DNA from: Micropepsaceae bacterium
GTDB taxonomy: Bacteria > Pseudomonadota > Alphaproteobacteria > Micropepsales > Micropepsaceae
Reading direction: 5' to 3'
DNA: 64,000 bases
Assembly: GCA_036499145.1 (NCBI GenBank)
Contig: DASYEG010000116.1
Location: 798-64,797 of the forward strand
The position numbers and the translations under genes are program-made. The notes under the pieces are model-generated. The model was given only the letters and a program-made list of their open reading frames with translations, made no database searches and was not told the DNA's origin. Below are positions 37,100-47,182 of this stretch, in pieces (the first letter of the stretch is position 1; each line of letters opens with the position of its first letter).

Positions 37100-38628
37100 T
37101 CGACGCAACCCCCCTGCTCAGGCTTTATGCGCGCGCGCGCGCCAGCGAACTCGATCATCAGGACGCCGAGGACGCGCAGCGTGGACAACTCTTGAGACTT
37201 CTTCGTCATGCCGCGAACACGCGCTTCGGCATCGACCATGGATTTTCTGCGATCAACGGCATTACCGATTTTCAGGCAAGCGTGAAACTTCGCCGCTACG
37301 AAGACATGTGGCGCGACTATTGGCAAAAGCCGTTTCCCCGCCTTGTCGATTGCAGTTGGCCTAAAACCATCCCTTATTTCGCGCTCAGTTCCGGCACCAC
37401 CAGCGGTACAACGAAATATATTCCGTATACGGAAGACATGCATCGCGCCAACAGCCGCGGCGCCAAGGACATGCTGGTGCATCATCTGCGCAACCGGCCC
37501 GCGAGCCATTTGCTCGGCGGCAAGAATTTCATGCTCGGCGGCAGCACCGATCTCACGAAGCTCGCGCCCGGCATCGAAGCGGGAGATCTTTCGGGGATCG
37601 TGGCGGCCAGGTTTTCACGCTGGACACGCGGCTATATCTATCCGCCGCGTGCGCTGGCACTGATCGCCGATTGGGATACGAAGATCGACGCGCTGAGCCG
37701 CGGTATATTGGACGAGGACATCCGCTCCATTTCAGGCACGCCGAGCTGGCTGCTGATCTTCTTCGAGCGGCTGTTCGCGCTCAGACCCGAGCGGGAGCCG
37801 AAATTCCACGCATTTTTCCCCAATCTCGAATTGATCGTCCATGGCGGCGTGAATTTCGCGCCCTATCGCGCCCAGTTCGACACGCTTCTGCAAGGCACCC
37901 ATGCGGAAACCCGCGAAGTCTATGCCGCCAGCGAAGGCTTCATCGCGTCCGCCGACCGCGGTCCTGGAGAAGGCATGCGGTTGGTCACCGACAATGGATT
38001 GTTCTTCGAATTCGTGCCCGTGGAGGAATTGGCGTCCGAAAATCCGGCACGGCATTGGGTGGCGAATTTCGAACTTGGCGTGGATTACGCCATCGTTGTT
38101 ACAAGCTGTGCCGGGCTGTTCGCCTATGTGGTCGGCGACATCGTGAAATTCGTCGATCGTTCACCGCCGCGCCTCCTGGTGACGGGGCGCACGTCCTACA
38201 CGCTTTCGGCTTTCGGCGAACATCTGACGGGCGATGAAATCGAGGACGCGGCCGGAATAGCGGCGAACGCAATCGGCGCCGCCATCGCGGATTTTTCGGT
38301 GGGCGCCGTTTTTCCGGACGCGCATCATAGCCGCGGCGTCCATCTTTACATCGTCGAGTTCAGCGGCCTCTCGCCCAACATCGACGCCGCGCGGCACTTC
38401 ATCGATACAATCGACAGCGTCCTAAGCCGGCGCAACGACGATTATCGCGTCCACCGTTCGGGCGGATTCGGGCTCGACCCGCCGCGCTTGCTCAGCGTCA
38501 GGCGTGGCACATTCGCGGCATGGATGAAATCCCGCGGTCAGCTCGGCGGGCAGCACAAGGTGCCGCGCATTATCGCCAACCCGGAACTATTCCAATCGCT
38601 ACGGGATTTTGTTGAAAACGCTTTGTGA
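37096..38628 (+). CDS. GH3 (acyl-acid amido synthetase / JAR1-like) family protein
   Basis: ATG 37096 overlaps the acylase stop (ATGA). Has FALSSGTTSGTTKYIPYT (adenylate-forming P-loop of the GH3 family), YAASEGF and the C-terminal GQHKVPRI block. Confidence 0.85.
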   Translation: MIDATPLLRLYARARASELDHQDAEDAQRGQLLRLLRHAANTRFGIDHGFSAINGITDFQASVKLRRYEDMWRDYWQKPFPRLVDCSWPKTIPYFALSSGTTSGTTKYIPYTEDMHRANSRGAKDMLVHHLRNRPASHLLGGKNFMLGGSTDLTKLAPGIEAGDLSGIVAARFSRWTRGYIYPPRALALIADWDTKIDALSRGILDEDIRSISGTPSWLLIFFERLFALRPEREPKFHAFFPNLELIVHGGVNFAPYRAQFDTLLQGTHAETREVYAASEGFIASADRGPGEGMRLVTDNGLFFEFVPVEELASENPARHWVANFELGVDYAIVVTSCAGLFAYVVGDIVKFVDRSPPRLLVTGRTSYTLSAFGEHLTGDEIEDAAGIAANAIGAAIADFSVGAVFPDAHHSRGVHLYIVEFSGLSPNIDAARHFIDTIDSVLSRRNDDYRVHRSGGFGLDPPRLLSVRRGTFAAWMKSRGQLGGQHKVPRIIANPELFQSLRDFVENAL

Positions 38629-38634
38629 AAAAGC

Positions 38635-40248
38635 CTATGCCGCGCGAACCGGTTTGGTGGATTTTGCGCGCCGCGTCGGCGTGTTTTCACCCGAGAGCAA
38701 ATAGCGGCGATAATCGTCGAGATCGCCGTCAAAGGGTTCGACCCGGCCATCGGCGACCAAAAGGAAGCTGTCCGCGGTGGCCTCCAGTAAGCGCCGGTCA
38801 TGGCTGACCAGGATTACCGCGCCGTCGAAATGATTCAGCGCGTTCAGCAATTCGGAACGCGCATCGATATCGAGATGATTGGTGGGTTCGTCCAGAATCA
38901 GCATATTGGGCTTGTCCAGCGTGGCGAGCGCGAGCATCAGCCGCGCGCGTTCGCCGCCCGATAGATTCGCGACCTTGGTCGTCGCCTTGTCGGCGGAAAA
39001 TCCGAAGCCGCCCAATTGCGCGCGCACCTGCTCCATCCGCAGATTGCGGCGCAGATGCGCCAGCGTTTCGATAGGAGTGAGGGCGCCATCCAATTCTTCC
39101 AATTGGTGCTGGGCGAAATAGCCAGGCACCCATTTGCGCGCCCGCACCAGCTCGCCATCCATCAGGGGAAGCTTGTCGGCCAGCAATTTGGCCAATGTCG
39201 ATTTTCCGTTGCCGTTCTTGCCCAGAAGCGCGATGCGATCATCGGGATCGAATCGCATGGACATATGCGTGAGGATCGGCTTGCCGGCTTCATAGCCCAC
39301 CGATGCGTTATGCATGGTAATGAGCGGCGGACTTGCCTCGACCGGTTTGGGGATGCGGATGGGCGCGACATGTTCATCGACGGGAAGCTCGATGGTCTGC
39401 ATCTTGGCAAGCATCTTCATGCGGCTTTGCGCCTGGCGCGCCTTGGACGCCTTGGCTTTGAAGCGATCGACAAAGGCCTGCATGTGTTCGCGCGCCGCTT
39501 CCTGCTTCTTGGCAAAGGCCGCATCGAGTGCGCGCTTGGCGGTGCGCGTGGCGACAAACACATCGTAGCCGCCGGTATAAAGCGTGAGCTTACCGCGTTC
39601 GAGGTGCAAGATGAATTCGGCGGCGGTGTTCAGGAGGTCTCGGTCATGGCTGACGATCAGAACCGTTCCGCGATAACGGCGCAGGAAATCCTCCAGCCAC
39701 AAAACGCCCTCGAGGTCGAGATAGTTGGTGGGCTCGTCCAGCAACAGCAGATCGGGGCTCGCGAACAGAATTGCGGCGAGCGCCACGCGCATCCGCCAAC
39801 CACCGGAAAATTCGGAGCAGGGACGCAATTGTTCTTCGGCGGAGAAACCGAGACCGGCAAGAATGGAGGCCGCACGCGCCGGCGCGGAATATGCGTCGAT
39901 ATCGTCGAGGCGCGTGTAGATATAGCCGAGCGCATGCGGCTCGGTTTCCGTCTCCGCCGCGAGCAACAGCGCGCTGCGCTCCGCATCGGCCGCCAGAACG
40001 GTGTCCAGGAGGCTGTCGGCACCGCCCGGAGCTTCCTGCGCCACAGCGCCGACCTTCCATTCGCGAGGCCACGCAATCTCGCCGCCATCGGGCGCAAGCT
40101 GGCCCAGGATCACCTTCAGCAGCGTGGATTTGCCCGCACCGTTACGGCCGACAAGACCGACGCGCCGTCCGGGCGGCAGATTGGCGGTCGCTCCCGCGAT
40201 GATCTCGCGGCCGGCGATGCGGACGGTAACATTATCGATGCTCAACAT
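38635..40248 (-). CDS. ABC-F family ATPase (two ABC domains, no TMD)
   Basis: Two Walker A motifs (GRNGAGKST, GKNGNGKST), two signature motifs (LSGGWRMR, LSGGERAR) and a charged linker between them. Confidence 0.9.
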   Translation of the reverse strand: MLSIDNVTVRIAGREIIAGATANLPPGRRVGLVGRNGAGKSTLLKVILGQLAPDGGEIAWPREWKVGAVAQEAPGGADSLLDTVLAADAERSALLLAAETETEPHALGYIYTRLDDIDAYSAPARAASILAGLGFSAEEQLRPCSEFSGGWRMRVALAAILFASPDLLLLDEPTNYLDLEGVLWLEDFLRRYRGTVLIVSHDRDLLNTAAEFILHLERGKLTLYTGGYDVFVATRTAKRALDAAFAKKQEAAREHMQAFVDRFKAKASKARQAQSRMKMLAKMQTIELPVDEHVAPIRIPKPVEASPPLITMHNASVGYEAGKPILTHMSMRFDPDDRIALLGKNGNGKSTLAKLLADKLPLMDGELVRARKWVPGYFAQHQLEELDGALTPIETLAHLRRNLRMEQVRAQLGGFGFSADKATTKVANLSGGERARLMLALATLDKPNMLILDEPTNHLDIDARSELLNALNHFDGAVILVSHDRRLLEATADSFLLVADGRVEPFDGDLDDYRRYLLSGENTPTRRAKSTKPVRAA

Positions 40249-40381
40249 GGCGGCAATGGTCCAAACAAGAGTACGGCATCGCGGGGTGTACGCTTCGCGA
40301 TTTCGACGTGCGTCGATGTCAGAAAGAAAGGTGACCTAACGGCTTTTGCCCGCCAATACCACCCTATTGTGCGACAAATCG

Positions 40382-41557
40382 TTAATCGAGCGGCATCCGG
40401 AAGGTGAACCGCGTTTCCCCGGGCGATGAGTGGGCCGTCAGAGTGCCGCCATGCGCGCGGGCGATTTCCGAAGCGATGTACAGGCCAAGTCCCAGGCCTT
40501 TCTGATTCGGCCGGACGTGACCGCGGGAAAACGGTTCGAACAGTCGTTCCATCGCGGCGGGCGGAATCGGCTCGCCGGCGTTCGACACCGAAAGCTCGAA
40601 CATGCCGCCGCCGGTGGTGCCGCGCACCACCACCGGAGAGCCGGGCGTTCCATAGCTGAGAGCATTACCGACGAGGTTGGAGAGCAATTGCGCCACACGC
40701 GTGCGGTCGCATGTGACGGGCCGGTTCAGATCGAATGCGGTTTCGACGACCCGGTCCGGCCATACCGCGCGCAATTCGCCCACTACCTGCGCAAGGACCG
40801 GTTCCAATGGCTCCGAGGAATCGCGTTTCAGCGCGAAGCCTCCACCCAGCCGCGCCCGCGCCAGATCCAGCACGTTGTCGATCAGGCCCGACATGCGAGA
40901 CACGCTGTTCTGCACCAGACGAACAATGTTGACAGCTTTCTCGTCCAATGGAATGCGCAGCAGCATCTTCGCCCCGGCATCGATCGCCGCCAGAGGATTG
41001 CGCAGATCATGGCCGAGAACGGCGATGAATTGTTCGCGCAGTTCAGCCTGCCTGCGTTCACCGCGCAAATTGGCATCGCTAGAAGCCAGTGTTTCGATCG
41101 CATCGAGATGAAAGCCGATGAGTTCGGCGAAGAGCTTGAAAGTCCCCACGATTTCCGGCGTCTTCAATAGGCGCGGTCGCGGATCGATCGCGCACAACGT
41201 CCCGAAAAATCGTCCATCGCGCAGCATGATCGGCATCGAGATGTAGCTTAGAAAGCCATATTTGGCCGGCGTGTGATGCGTGCAATAAACATCGTCCGTG
41301 GCGACATTGTCGATAACGATCGGCTCCTTGTGCTGCCGGATCTCGTTGCAGAGCGTGGTTTCTATCTGCAATTCGTCGCCGGGCTTGAGGCCGAACTGGA
41401 TATCGTCCTTCACGCTGCAGGCGATCCAGCGGTCTTCGGTGACCCGCGCCACCGCCGCGAAACCCATGCCGGTGAGACGGCACGCGACATTGAGAATGCT
41501 GGGCACGGCCGCTATCTGATTGATGGCGGCGATATCGGCTTGAAAATCAGACGTCAT
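40382..41557 (-). CDS. GAF-domain sensor histidine kinase (cytoplasmic)
   Basis: N-terminal GAF-like domain (…GMGFAAVARVTEDRWIACSV…SYISMPIMLRDGRFFGTLCAID). Has the H-box FIAVLGHDLRNPLAAI and an HATPase region (LSNLVGNALSYG, GLGLGLYIA). Confidence 0.85.
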   Translation of the reverse strand: MTSDFQADIAAINQIAAVPSILNVACRLTGMGFAAVARVTEDRWIACSVKDDIQFGLKPGDELQIETTLCNEIRQHKEPIVIDNVATDDVYCTHHTPAKYGFLSYISMPIMLRDGRFFGTLCAIDPRPRLLKTPEIVGTFKLFAELIGFHLDAIETLASSDANLRGERRQAELREQFIAVLGHDLRNPLAAIDAGAKMLLRIPLDEKAVNIVRLVQNSVSRMSGLIDNVLDLARARLGGGFALKRDSSEPLEPVLAQVVGELRAVWPDRVVETAFDLNRPVTCDRTRVAQLLSNLVGNALSYGTPGSPVVVRGTTGGGMFELSVSNAGEPIPPAAMERLFEPFSRGHVRPNQKGLGLGLYIASEIARAHGGTLTAHSSPGETRFTFRMPLD

Positions 41558-41795
41558 TGTCGAACCATCGTGCGTGCAGAGAAATCCTTATCGGAAGCGC
41601 AAGCCACCATGACTTCCGGCCCAAGGCCACTCGGGAAGATCCACCATTTTATATACACATAGGGCGTCGAAGTCTCCCGGCGTACCGAGTCGGTGTGCCC
41701 CCCGGATCGACTTCGTGCGTATCTTGAAGGTGGAGCGTGTCGCTCAATGCGGCCCGCGCTTCATGTACAATTTCACCGCGCCAAGGTCCGCCGAT

Positions 41796-42398
41796 TCAAT
41801 CGCCAATATCGATTGGCCGGTGAAAATTCTTCTCGATCGTGGTGAAACCGGACACCAGCTTGCCGCTGTCGTTGCGATTGGCGTTTGCCATCACGAACTG
41901 ACCCGGCTTCACCTCCGCCATGCTTTCGGTCTCGTTGCGGTAGTGCACGATGTTGTTTGAAAGCTCGACCTGCATTTTGCCGCCGTTTTTCTGCAAATCG
42001 ACGGTGACCTTAACGCCATTTGCGGTTGGCTCGGCCGCGGTCACCACGCCGAGATAGCGCGTTGCATTGGGGTTGGTTACCATCTTGCGTTGCTCAGGCG
42101 CATTGGCGCCATGCGCGAATGCCTGGGTGTGCGCCTGAATTGGCTTGCCCATCTCTTCGTCGATCGCAATCACGTCCCCTGCTTTGATGGTTCTCACGTC
42201 AAGAGGTTCATTGGAGACGATGCGCCCCTGCGGCGCGAGGTCGAACGAGATCGTATGACCGTCGCGGTTCGTCACCGTAAGCGACCGCCCCTCGACGCTT
42301 ACGATCGGCCCGTAAATGCGAACCGGCACGTTCTGGGTCATTGCCGGCACAGCACAGCACAGTGCCAGCGCTGCAAACGCACAAACTCTGCTCCACAT
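41796..42398 (-). CDS. secreted hypothetical protein with two similar beta-rich halves (DUF5666-like?)
   Basis: Signal peptide MWSRVCAFAALALCCAVPAMTQN. Has two repeats of the pattern G.V..V......VTV.......V.L........I(K/V)(A/P)G. Last gene of the TBDR-P1 string on the minus strand. Confidence 0.55.
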   Translation of the reverse strand: MWSRVCAFAALALCCAVPAMTQNVPVRIYGPIVSVEGRSLTVTNRDGHTISFDLAPQGRIVSNEPLDVRTIKAGDVIAIDEEMGKPIQAHTQAFAHGANAPEQRKMVTNPNATRYLGVVTAAEPTANGVKVTVDLQKNGGKMQVELSNNIVHYRNETESMAEVKPGQFVMANANRNDSGKLVSGFTTIEKNFHRPIDIGD

Positions 42399-42664
42399 GA
42401 GCGCTTCCTCTATTTATCAAATTCCGATGGAGATTAGATTTTCACATCGGCGGCTTCAATCCCACGCAGCCGGCCCATGCAGCCGTAATGTCTTGGAGCC
42501 ACAACAGCCGATCAGCAACGCTCGCCGGCGTGCATCTTAATCTGTGTGCGGGGTGCGGTATATTGCCGGCAATGGTCATTCACGCCGGTGTGCCGTTCGA
42601 CCCCCGGTGAATGCGAGCTTTCCTGCCAGCACTTCGCCGCTGGCGAGGCGGCTTGCGGAATATG

Positions 42665-43552
42665 TCAGAAATCCGGCTTGTCGGCGGTTGGAACGTGATA
42701 GTCGGTCGATGCGAGATTATTTCTCGCTCCCACAAAATTGCCTTCCTGGCAGATGTCCTCGGCCATGCCCACATGCCCCTCTTCAACCTCACCGCGGTCC
42801 TCATGGTAGGGGTCGTAGCGCCTGATGCCTTGCCAAGGTTTTTCGAAGGTGCCCGGATCCTCCGCCGTCACGTGGATTTCCAGCTTCTTGCCGCCTTCGA
42901 TCAGACGAATCCGTTCGATGACATGCAGTTTCTCGGTGTGCGGGGTGCGGAAATTGTCGGCAAAAGTCTTGTCGTTCATGCCGGTCGTGTCGACGACGAG
43001 GGTGTCGCCTTCGTAATGGCCAACCGATTCGCCGTAGTAAGTGGGTTTCAGATTGGTGCTATGGGGCACGTTCAAATAAACATGCCGCGCGAACTGTTCG
43101 CCTTGATTGGCGATCAGCACCTCCTTCGGCGACTGAATGATGAAGAACGGGCCGCCCGAGTTCCAGATCGCCGGAACGCCGTAGGGCCGGCAGGATGAAC
43201 CCGGTGTGTAGGCGATCTTTCCGGCAAGCACCTCCTCATTGTCCTTTTTCATAATGTCCTTGGCCCACTGTTTGATATTGGGATTGGTGAGGTCCGAGAT
43301 GCGGAAGGTCGGCTGCGTGCCGAGGCGCTGGGCGTCCACGTTGTGAATATAGGGGTGCGTCGTATCGTTTCCGGTGGGTTGGGGCGCACCGGGAACTGGA
43401 ATGAAAATCTCGCCACCGCGAGTTCTCCAGCTCCTGCCGTCCGCGGCAAAATTGGGGATTGCACTGGGCGTTTGCGCCGCCGCGCCGGCAACGAGACTGA
43501 CGGCAAGAACGGCCGTGCCGACACCAAACAACATCGAAGCGAATTTGGACAT
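42665..43552 (-). CDS. secreted protein, uncharacterised paralog family, copy P1 (295 aa)
   Basis: GAAGGAG RBS and signal peptide MSKFASMLFGVGTAVLAVSLVAGAAAQ. Family core YYGESVGHYEGDTLVVDTTGMNDKTF...TPHTEKLHVIERIRL. C-terminus VPTADKPDF. Confidence 0.8.
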   Translation of the reverse strand: MSKFASMLFGVGTAVLAVSLVAGAAAQTPSAIPNFAADGRSWRTRGGEIFIPVPGAPQPTGNDTTHPYIHNVDAQRLGTQPTFRISDLTNPNIKQWAKDIMKKDNEEVLAGKIAYTPGSSCRPYGVPAIWNSGGPFFIIQSPKEVLIANQGEQFARHVYLNVPHSTNLKPTYYGESVGHYEGDTLVVDTTGMNDKTFADNFRTPHTEKLHVIERIRLIEGGKKLEIHVTAEDPGTFEKPWQGIRRYDPYHEDRGEVEEGHVGMAEDICQEGNFVGARNNLASTDYHVPTADKPDF

Positions 43553-43731
43553 GGTTTGCTCCTTCTGCCTCTCACGCGCAAACGTGCGGATACGAAATAC
43601 ACGGCAGGGCGCCGTTCAACCGGCCCGATACCGCACTTTGGTTCACTCCAAAACCATCCATAGGCGCCCGAATCTCGAACGGCCCCCTGCGCACTCCAAA
43701 TCAAATATTTTCGTTCCGTTTGAGCCTCGCA

Positions 43732-46700
43732 TTACCAGGCCTTGGTCAGGATGAGTCCGAACGTGCGCCCCAGATCGCTTTTCGTAACGTCGAAGGCCGC
43801 GGGCGCGGAGCCCGCCGCGATTTGGTATTCGAAAGAGGGCAGCTTGTTCATGAGATTCTGGACTACGAACTGGATGCCGATATTCTTGAGATAGTCATTT
43901 TGCGGCAAATCGCCTGTCGTGTATCCGATCGAGAAATCGAATGTGTAGTAGGACGGCTCCAGGCCCGTGTAATTGCTGATGGCGCACGGAAGTGCCCCGC
44001 CGCCGACCGTGCCGCCGGCCGTGAGGCACTGCAAATTGACATTGGGCGGCGCGTTTTGGGTGTTGTAGTAGTGTCCGGTGTAATTGACAAATCCCGTGGC
44101 TGACCAGGGGCCGTTGCTCCAGCCCACCCGGCCCCGGTATCGCATCCTGGGGCTTGTTGTAACGCCCGCCTGCGCAACACCGCCGACGGTACCCGCGTCC
44201 GTGTGGAAATCATCAACGATCGCCGGATTTGGAAGTTCCGGCGTCGGATTATTCACCTCGTACTCGTGCAGGTAATATGTGCCGGTTATGCCCGCGTTCC
44301 ACGCGCCGAGATCACCCGCGTCGTAGTCATAGCTGGCGCTGAAATCGATGCCCTCCAGCTTGATCCAACCGAAATTTCCGATCGCGCCATCATTGATCCA
44401 AAGTATGGAGGTGAGCGAACCCGGCGGCACTGCGTTCTGGGGATCGTTGAGCACGGCGCTAACCATCCTTTCGAACTCGGGACAGGCAGCCGGCTTGTTG
44501 TTGTTGCTGCATCCGGCCACGTCGATACCCGCCTTGGCGATATCCGTAGGCACAATGTAAGAGAAACCGAGTGCCGGATTGTTGACCGTGGAATTGCTCG
44601 GATTGCCGAACTGCGTCAGCGCGTTGCTGATCTTCACCTGATACCAGGTCACCTGGAGATCGAGCCCCTTGAGAAAGTTCGTCGGGGCGAATTCTCCCGT
44701 GAGCGTGTAGTTCGTCGCGGTCTCGGGCCGAAGCGCGGACTGAGCGGTATTCACATAGGCGCGGAAGCCATCCTTGAGCGCGACGCCGCCGGTGGAGTAC
44801 GTGCCTAAGCCGCTGGGATTGGCCCGAGCGCCACAAATCGTACCCGCTGTGCCGGCGTTTCCGACGACACCAGCCCAACCGACGTAACCCGCTCCGGGAT
44901 TCAACAACCTGTCGGTTAGAGAACCCGGTCCCGCGCTGCAGTCGAGGCTGACGGTGCGGTTTGACACGAAATTCGGAATATTGATGCCGGAGATGATGTT
45001 GCCCACGATAGCGGATTGTTCGGCGAAACTTGGCGCGCGGAAGGACGTGCCCCAATCGCCCCGGACGAACAGTCCCATATCCCGCGAAATCGTCCAATTG
45101 AAGCCGATTTTGGGATTACTGGTGCCGCCGACGTCGCTGTACTGGTCGTGACGCCAGGAGGCTTCGATTTCCAGTGCATTGATGAGCGGAATCGAATTGG
45201 CCTCACCGACGATCGGGATATTGAGCTGTGCGAATATGGCCCAGAATTGCGTGCCCTTGGATTCCTGCAGGAGAGGCGTCAACAGGGACGCCACCTTGGT
45301 GTTGTCAAGCTGCGAGTATACCCATCTTTCGGAGGTATAGGTGGCGCCGATGGCGGCTTTGACATCGCCGCCGGGCAGCGAAAACAGCGGGCCGTCAAAA
45401 TTGACACCCTTTTCATTGAACCAGAAACTCGTCGTAGAAAGTCTTCGACCCGTGACGTAATCGAGCGTTGACTGCGCGTTGCAGTCGAGCGAGCGCGGAT
45501 CGCAGAACAGGTTCAGATAGGGAAGCGTCGCGGGCTTGGTCCAGGTGCCGATCGCCGGGGCCGTTCCCGCTGCAAATCCGGCAGGTATCGTCCAACCGAG
45601 CGCGGCCGATACGGCATTCGGATTGACCGCGTGGGTATCGGTACGCGTACCGTTGAAGGTCTCGGAATAATAAATGCGTCCTTGCCAGTCGCCGGGCAAA
45701 TCAAAATTCAGTCCGAGCAAGTAGCGATCGGCGAGTTCACTGGCCGTCGTGAGGGGCGGGACTTCCAGTCCGATATTGTAGTTGACCACCAGATTGTTGG
45801 GCGCACCGCCGGTCGGATAATAAGGATTGCGGGTCGGAACTTGGACCTGCAGATCCTGAGTCGAGGCCGGCGACTGATTGGCGAGATTGAGAAATTCCGC
45901 CCGTCGATTGCTGTAATACCCTTCGCCATAGAAGGATATATCTTTGGTGAGGCGCTGATCGACCGTCAACACAGCAGCGTTGTGCTGCTGGGCCGCGTCG
46001 TACCAGCCGATCGAGTAGGGATTGATTTCGTTTGCCGTGCCGGCCGCGGTATTGGTCGCTCCGCCATTGGCCGAAGTGCCGACGTTCGCCCAGTTGATAA
46101 GGCCGGGGCCGCTGCTGGGCGCAAGTGGTCCCAGCCCCCCGTTCAGGGAGGAATTGAAATTGGCGCCAGCCCCGGCCGGAAGGGCAAAGCAATTGGTACA
46201 GCCCGTTCCCAACCCTCTGAGGCTGCTCGGCGCCGGAACGCCAACCGAGATCGTCGCGGGGATCGAAGAGGCTATCGGCGTTCGGTTGTCGAGGCCCCAC
46301 GGACTGAAATCGGGCGTGAAATTCGAACGGTCCTTGCCCTTGAGCGGCGAAGAATCCGACCACTCGTAGGTCAGCGTTACATCGCCGCCGTCCCAGGTCC
46401 GGCCCCAGAGCTGGGACGCCTGGTATTGCGTTTTGCCGTCCGCGACGGTGGCGCGAAGCTGTGTGATCGCACCGTCATACCCCCGCTTAAGGAGGATGTT
46501 CATCACGCCGCTGACGGCATCGGAACCGTAGGTGGCCGACGCACCGTTCGCTAGAATGTCGACGCGATCGATCGCGAGCGAAGGAATGATGGATGGATCG
46601 CGCTGGCCGGAGTGCTCGCCTTGTGGCGGAACGCGATAACCGTCCACCATCATCAGAGAGCGGACGGGGTATCCCCCAACCGAATCAAGACCGCGGAGAT

Positions 46701-47031
46701 TTACCGAATTCTCCCTGGCGATATTACCACCGTTGTTCGTGCCAACGGCCCCCGGCGTGACGACAAACGCGGGAATAGTCTTGAAAAGGTCCGCGGTCGT
46801 CAGCGCGCCGCTCACAACAAAATCCTGCGGCCCAACATTGGTAACAGGGACACCGACTGAAGCAGCGCCGCGAATTAACGAGCCGGTGACGAGAACCTGT
46901 TCCGGGGCATCTGCCGGCCCGGCCTGAGACGTTTGCGTCTGCGCCTGAGCATAGGCTGCGCCCGAGCTTGCTATGGCCAGCAATGATGCCGAGCCCAGAA
47001 GAGATGCGATTTTCGATACTCTCGGATCCAT
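43732..47031 (-). CDS. TonB-dependent receptor, unusually large (1099 aa)
   Basis: Signal peptide ...LLAIASSGAAYAQAQ. Plug region EQVLVTGSLIRG...VNLRGLD...IDRVDILANGASATYGSDAVSGVMNILLKRG. Long Gly/Asn/Thr/Tyr-rich barrel ending in an aromatic residue (...FGLILTKAW). RBS GGGGAGACGGAG. Confidence 0.9.
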   Translation of the reverse strand: MDPRVSKIASLLGSASLLAIASSGAAYAQAQTQTSQAGPADAPEQVLVTGSLIRGAASVGVPVTNVGPQDFVVSGALTTADLFKTIPAFVVTPGAVGTNNGGNIARENSVNLRGLDSVGGYPVRSLMMVDGYRVPPQGEHSGQRDPSIIPSLAIDRVDILANGASATYGSDAVSGVMNILLKRGYDGAITQLRATVADGKTQYQASQLWGRTWDGGDVTLTYEWSDSSPLKGKDRSNFTPDFSPWGLDNRTPIASSIPATISVGVPAPSSLRGLGTGCTNCFALPAGAGANFNSSLNGGLGPLAPSSGPGLINWANVGTSANGGATNTAAGTANEINPYSIGWYDAAQQHNAAVLTVDQRLTKDISFYGEGYYSNRRAEFLNLANQSPASTQDLQVQVPTRNPYYPTGGAPNNLVVNYNIGLEVPPLTTASELADRYLLGLNFDLPGDWQGRIYYSETFNGTRTDTHAVNPNAVSAALGWTIPAGFAAGTAPAIGTWTKPATLPYLNLFCDPRSLDCNAQSTLDYVTGRRLSTTSFWFNEKGVNFDGPLFSLPGGDVKAAIGATYTSERWVYSQLDNTKVASLLTPLLQESKGTQFWAIFAQLNIPIVGEANSIPLINALEIEASWRHDQYSDVGGTSNPKIGFNWTISRDMGLFVRGDWGTSFRAPSFAEQSAIVGNIISGINIPNFVSNRTVSLDCSAGPGSLTDRLLNPGAGYVGWAGVVGNAGTAGTICGARANPSGLGTYSTGGVALKDGFRAYVNTAQSALRPETATNYTLTGEFAPTNFLKGLDLQVTWYQVKISNALTQFGNPSNSTVNNPALGFSYIVPTDIAKAGIDVAGCSNNNKPAACPEFERMVSAVLNDPQNAVPPGSLTSILWINDGAIGNFGWIKLEGIDFSASYDYDAGDLGAWNAGITGTYYLHEYEVNNPTPELPNPAIVDDFHTDAGTVGGVAQAGVTTSPRMRYRGRVGWSNGPWSATGFVNYTGHYYNTQNAPPNVNLQCLTAGGTVGGGALPCAISNYTGLEPSYYTFDFSIGYTTGDLPQNDYLKNIGIQFVVQNLMNKLPSFEYQIAAGSAPAAFDVTKSDLGRTFGLILTKAW

Positions 47032-47182
47032 GCTCCGTCTCCCCCGCCTTTTCGTTGAAAGGCAAAAACATCACGAAACCCGGCGCCCTCGGGGCAGCTG
47101 GTGCGCGGCAACGATATTTTGGTTAGTCCCCACCTCGGGATCACCTGCCCCCCCGGGCAGATAGACTACCGCCGACGATGAA

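Noticed and set aside
39016-40407. 463-aa plus-strand ORF opposite the ABC-F ATPase
   Set aside because: Antisense shadow. The minus-strand frame carries two complete Walker A / signature sets.
47145-47160. Perfect hairpin CTGCCC-CCCC-GGGCAG in the predicted TBDR leader; considered as a riboswitch or attenuator
   Set aside because: I could find no B12-box, TPP or other riboswitch core sequences around it, and it has no U-tract. It is probably just a GC-rich stem.
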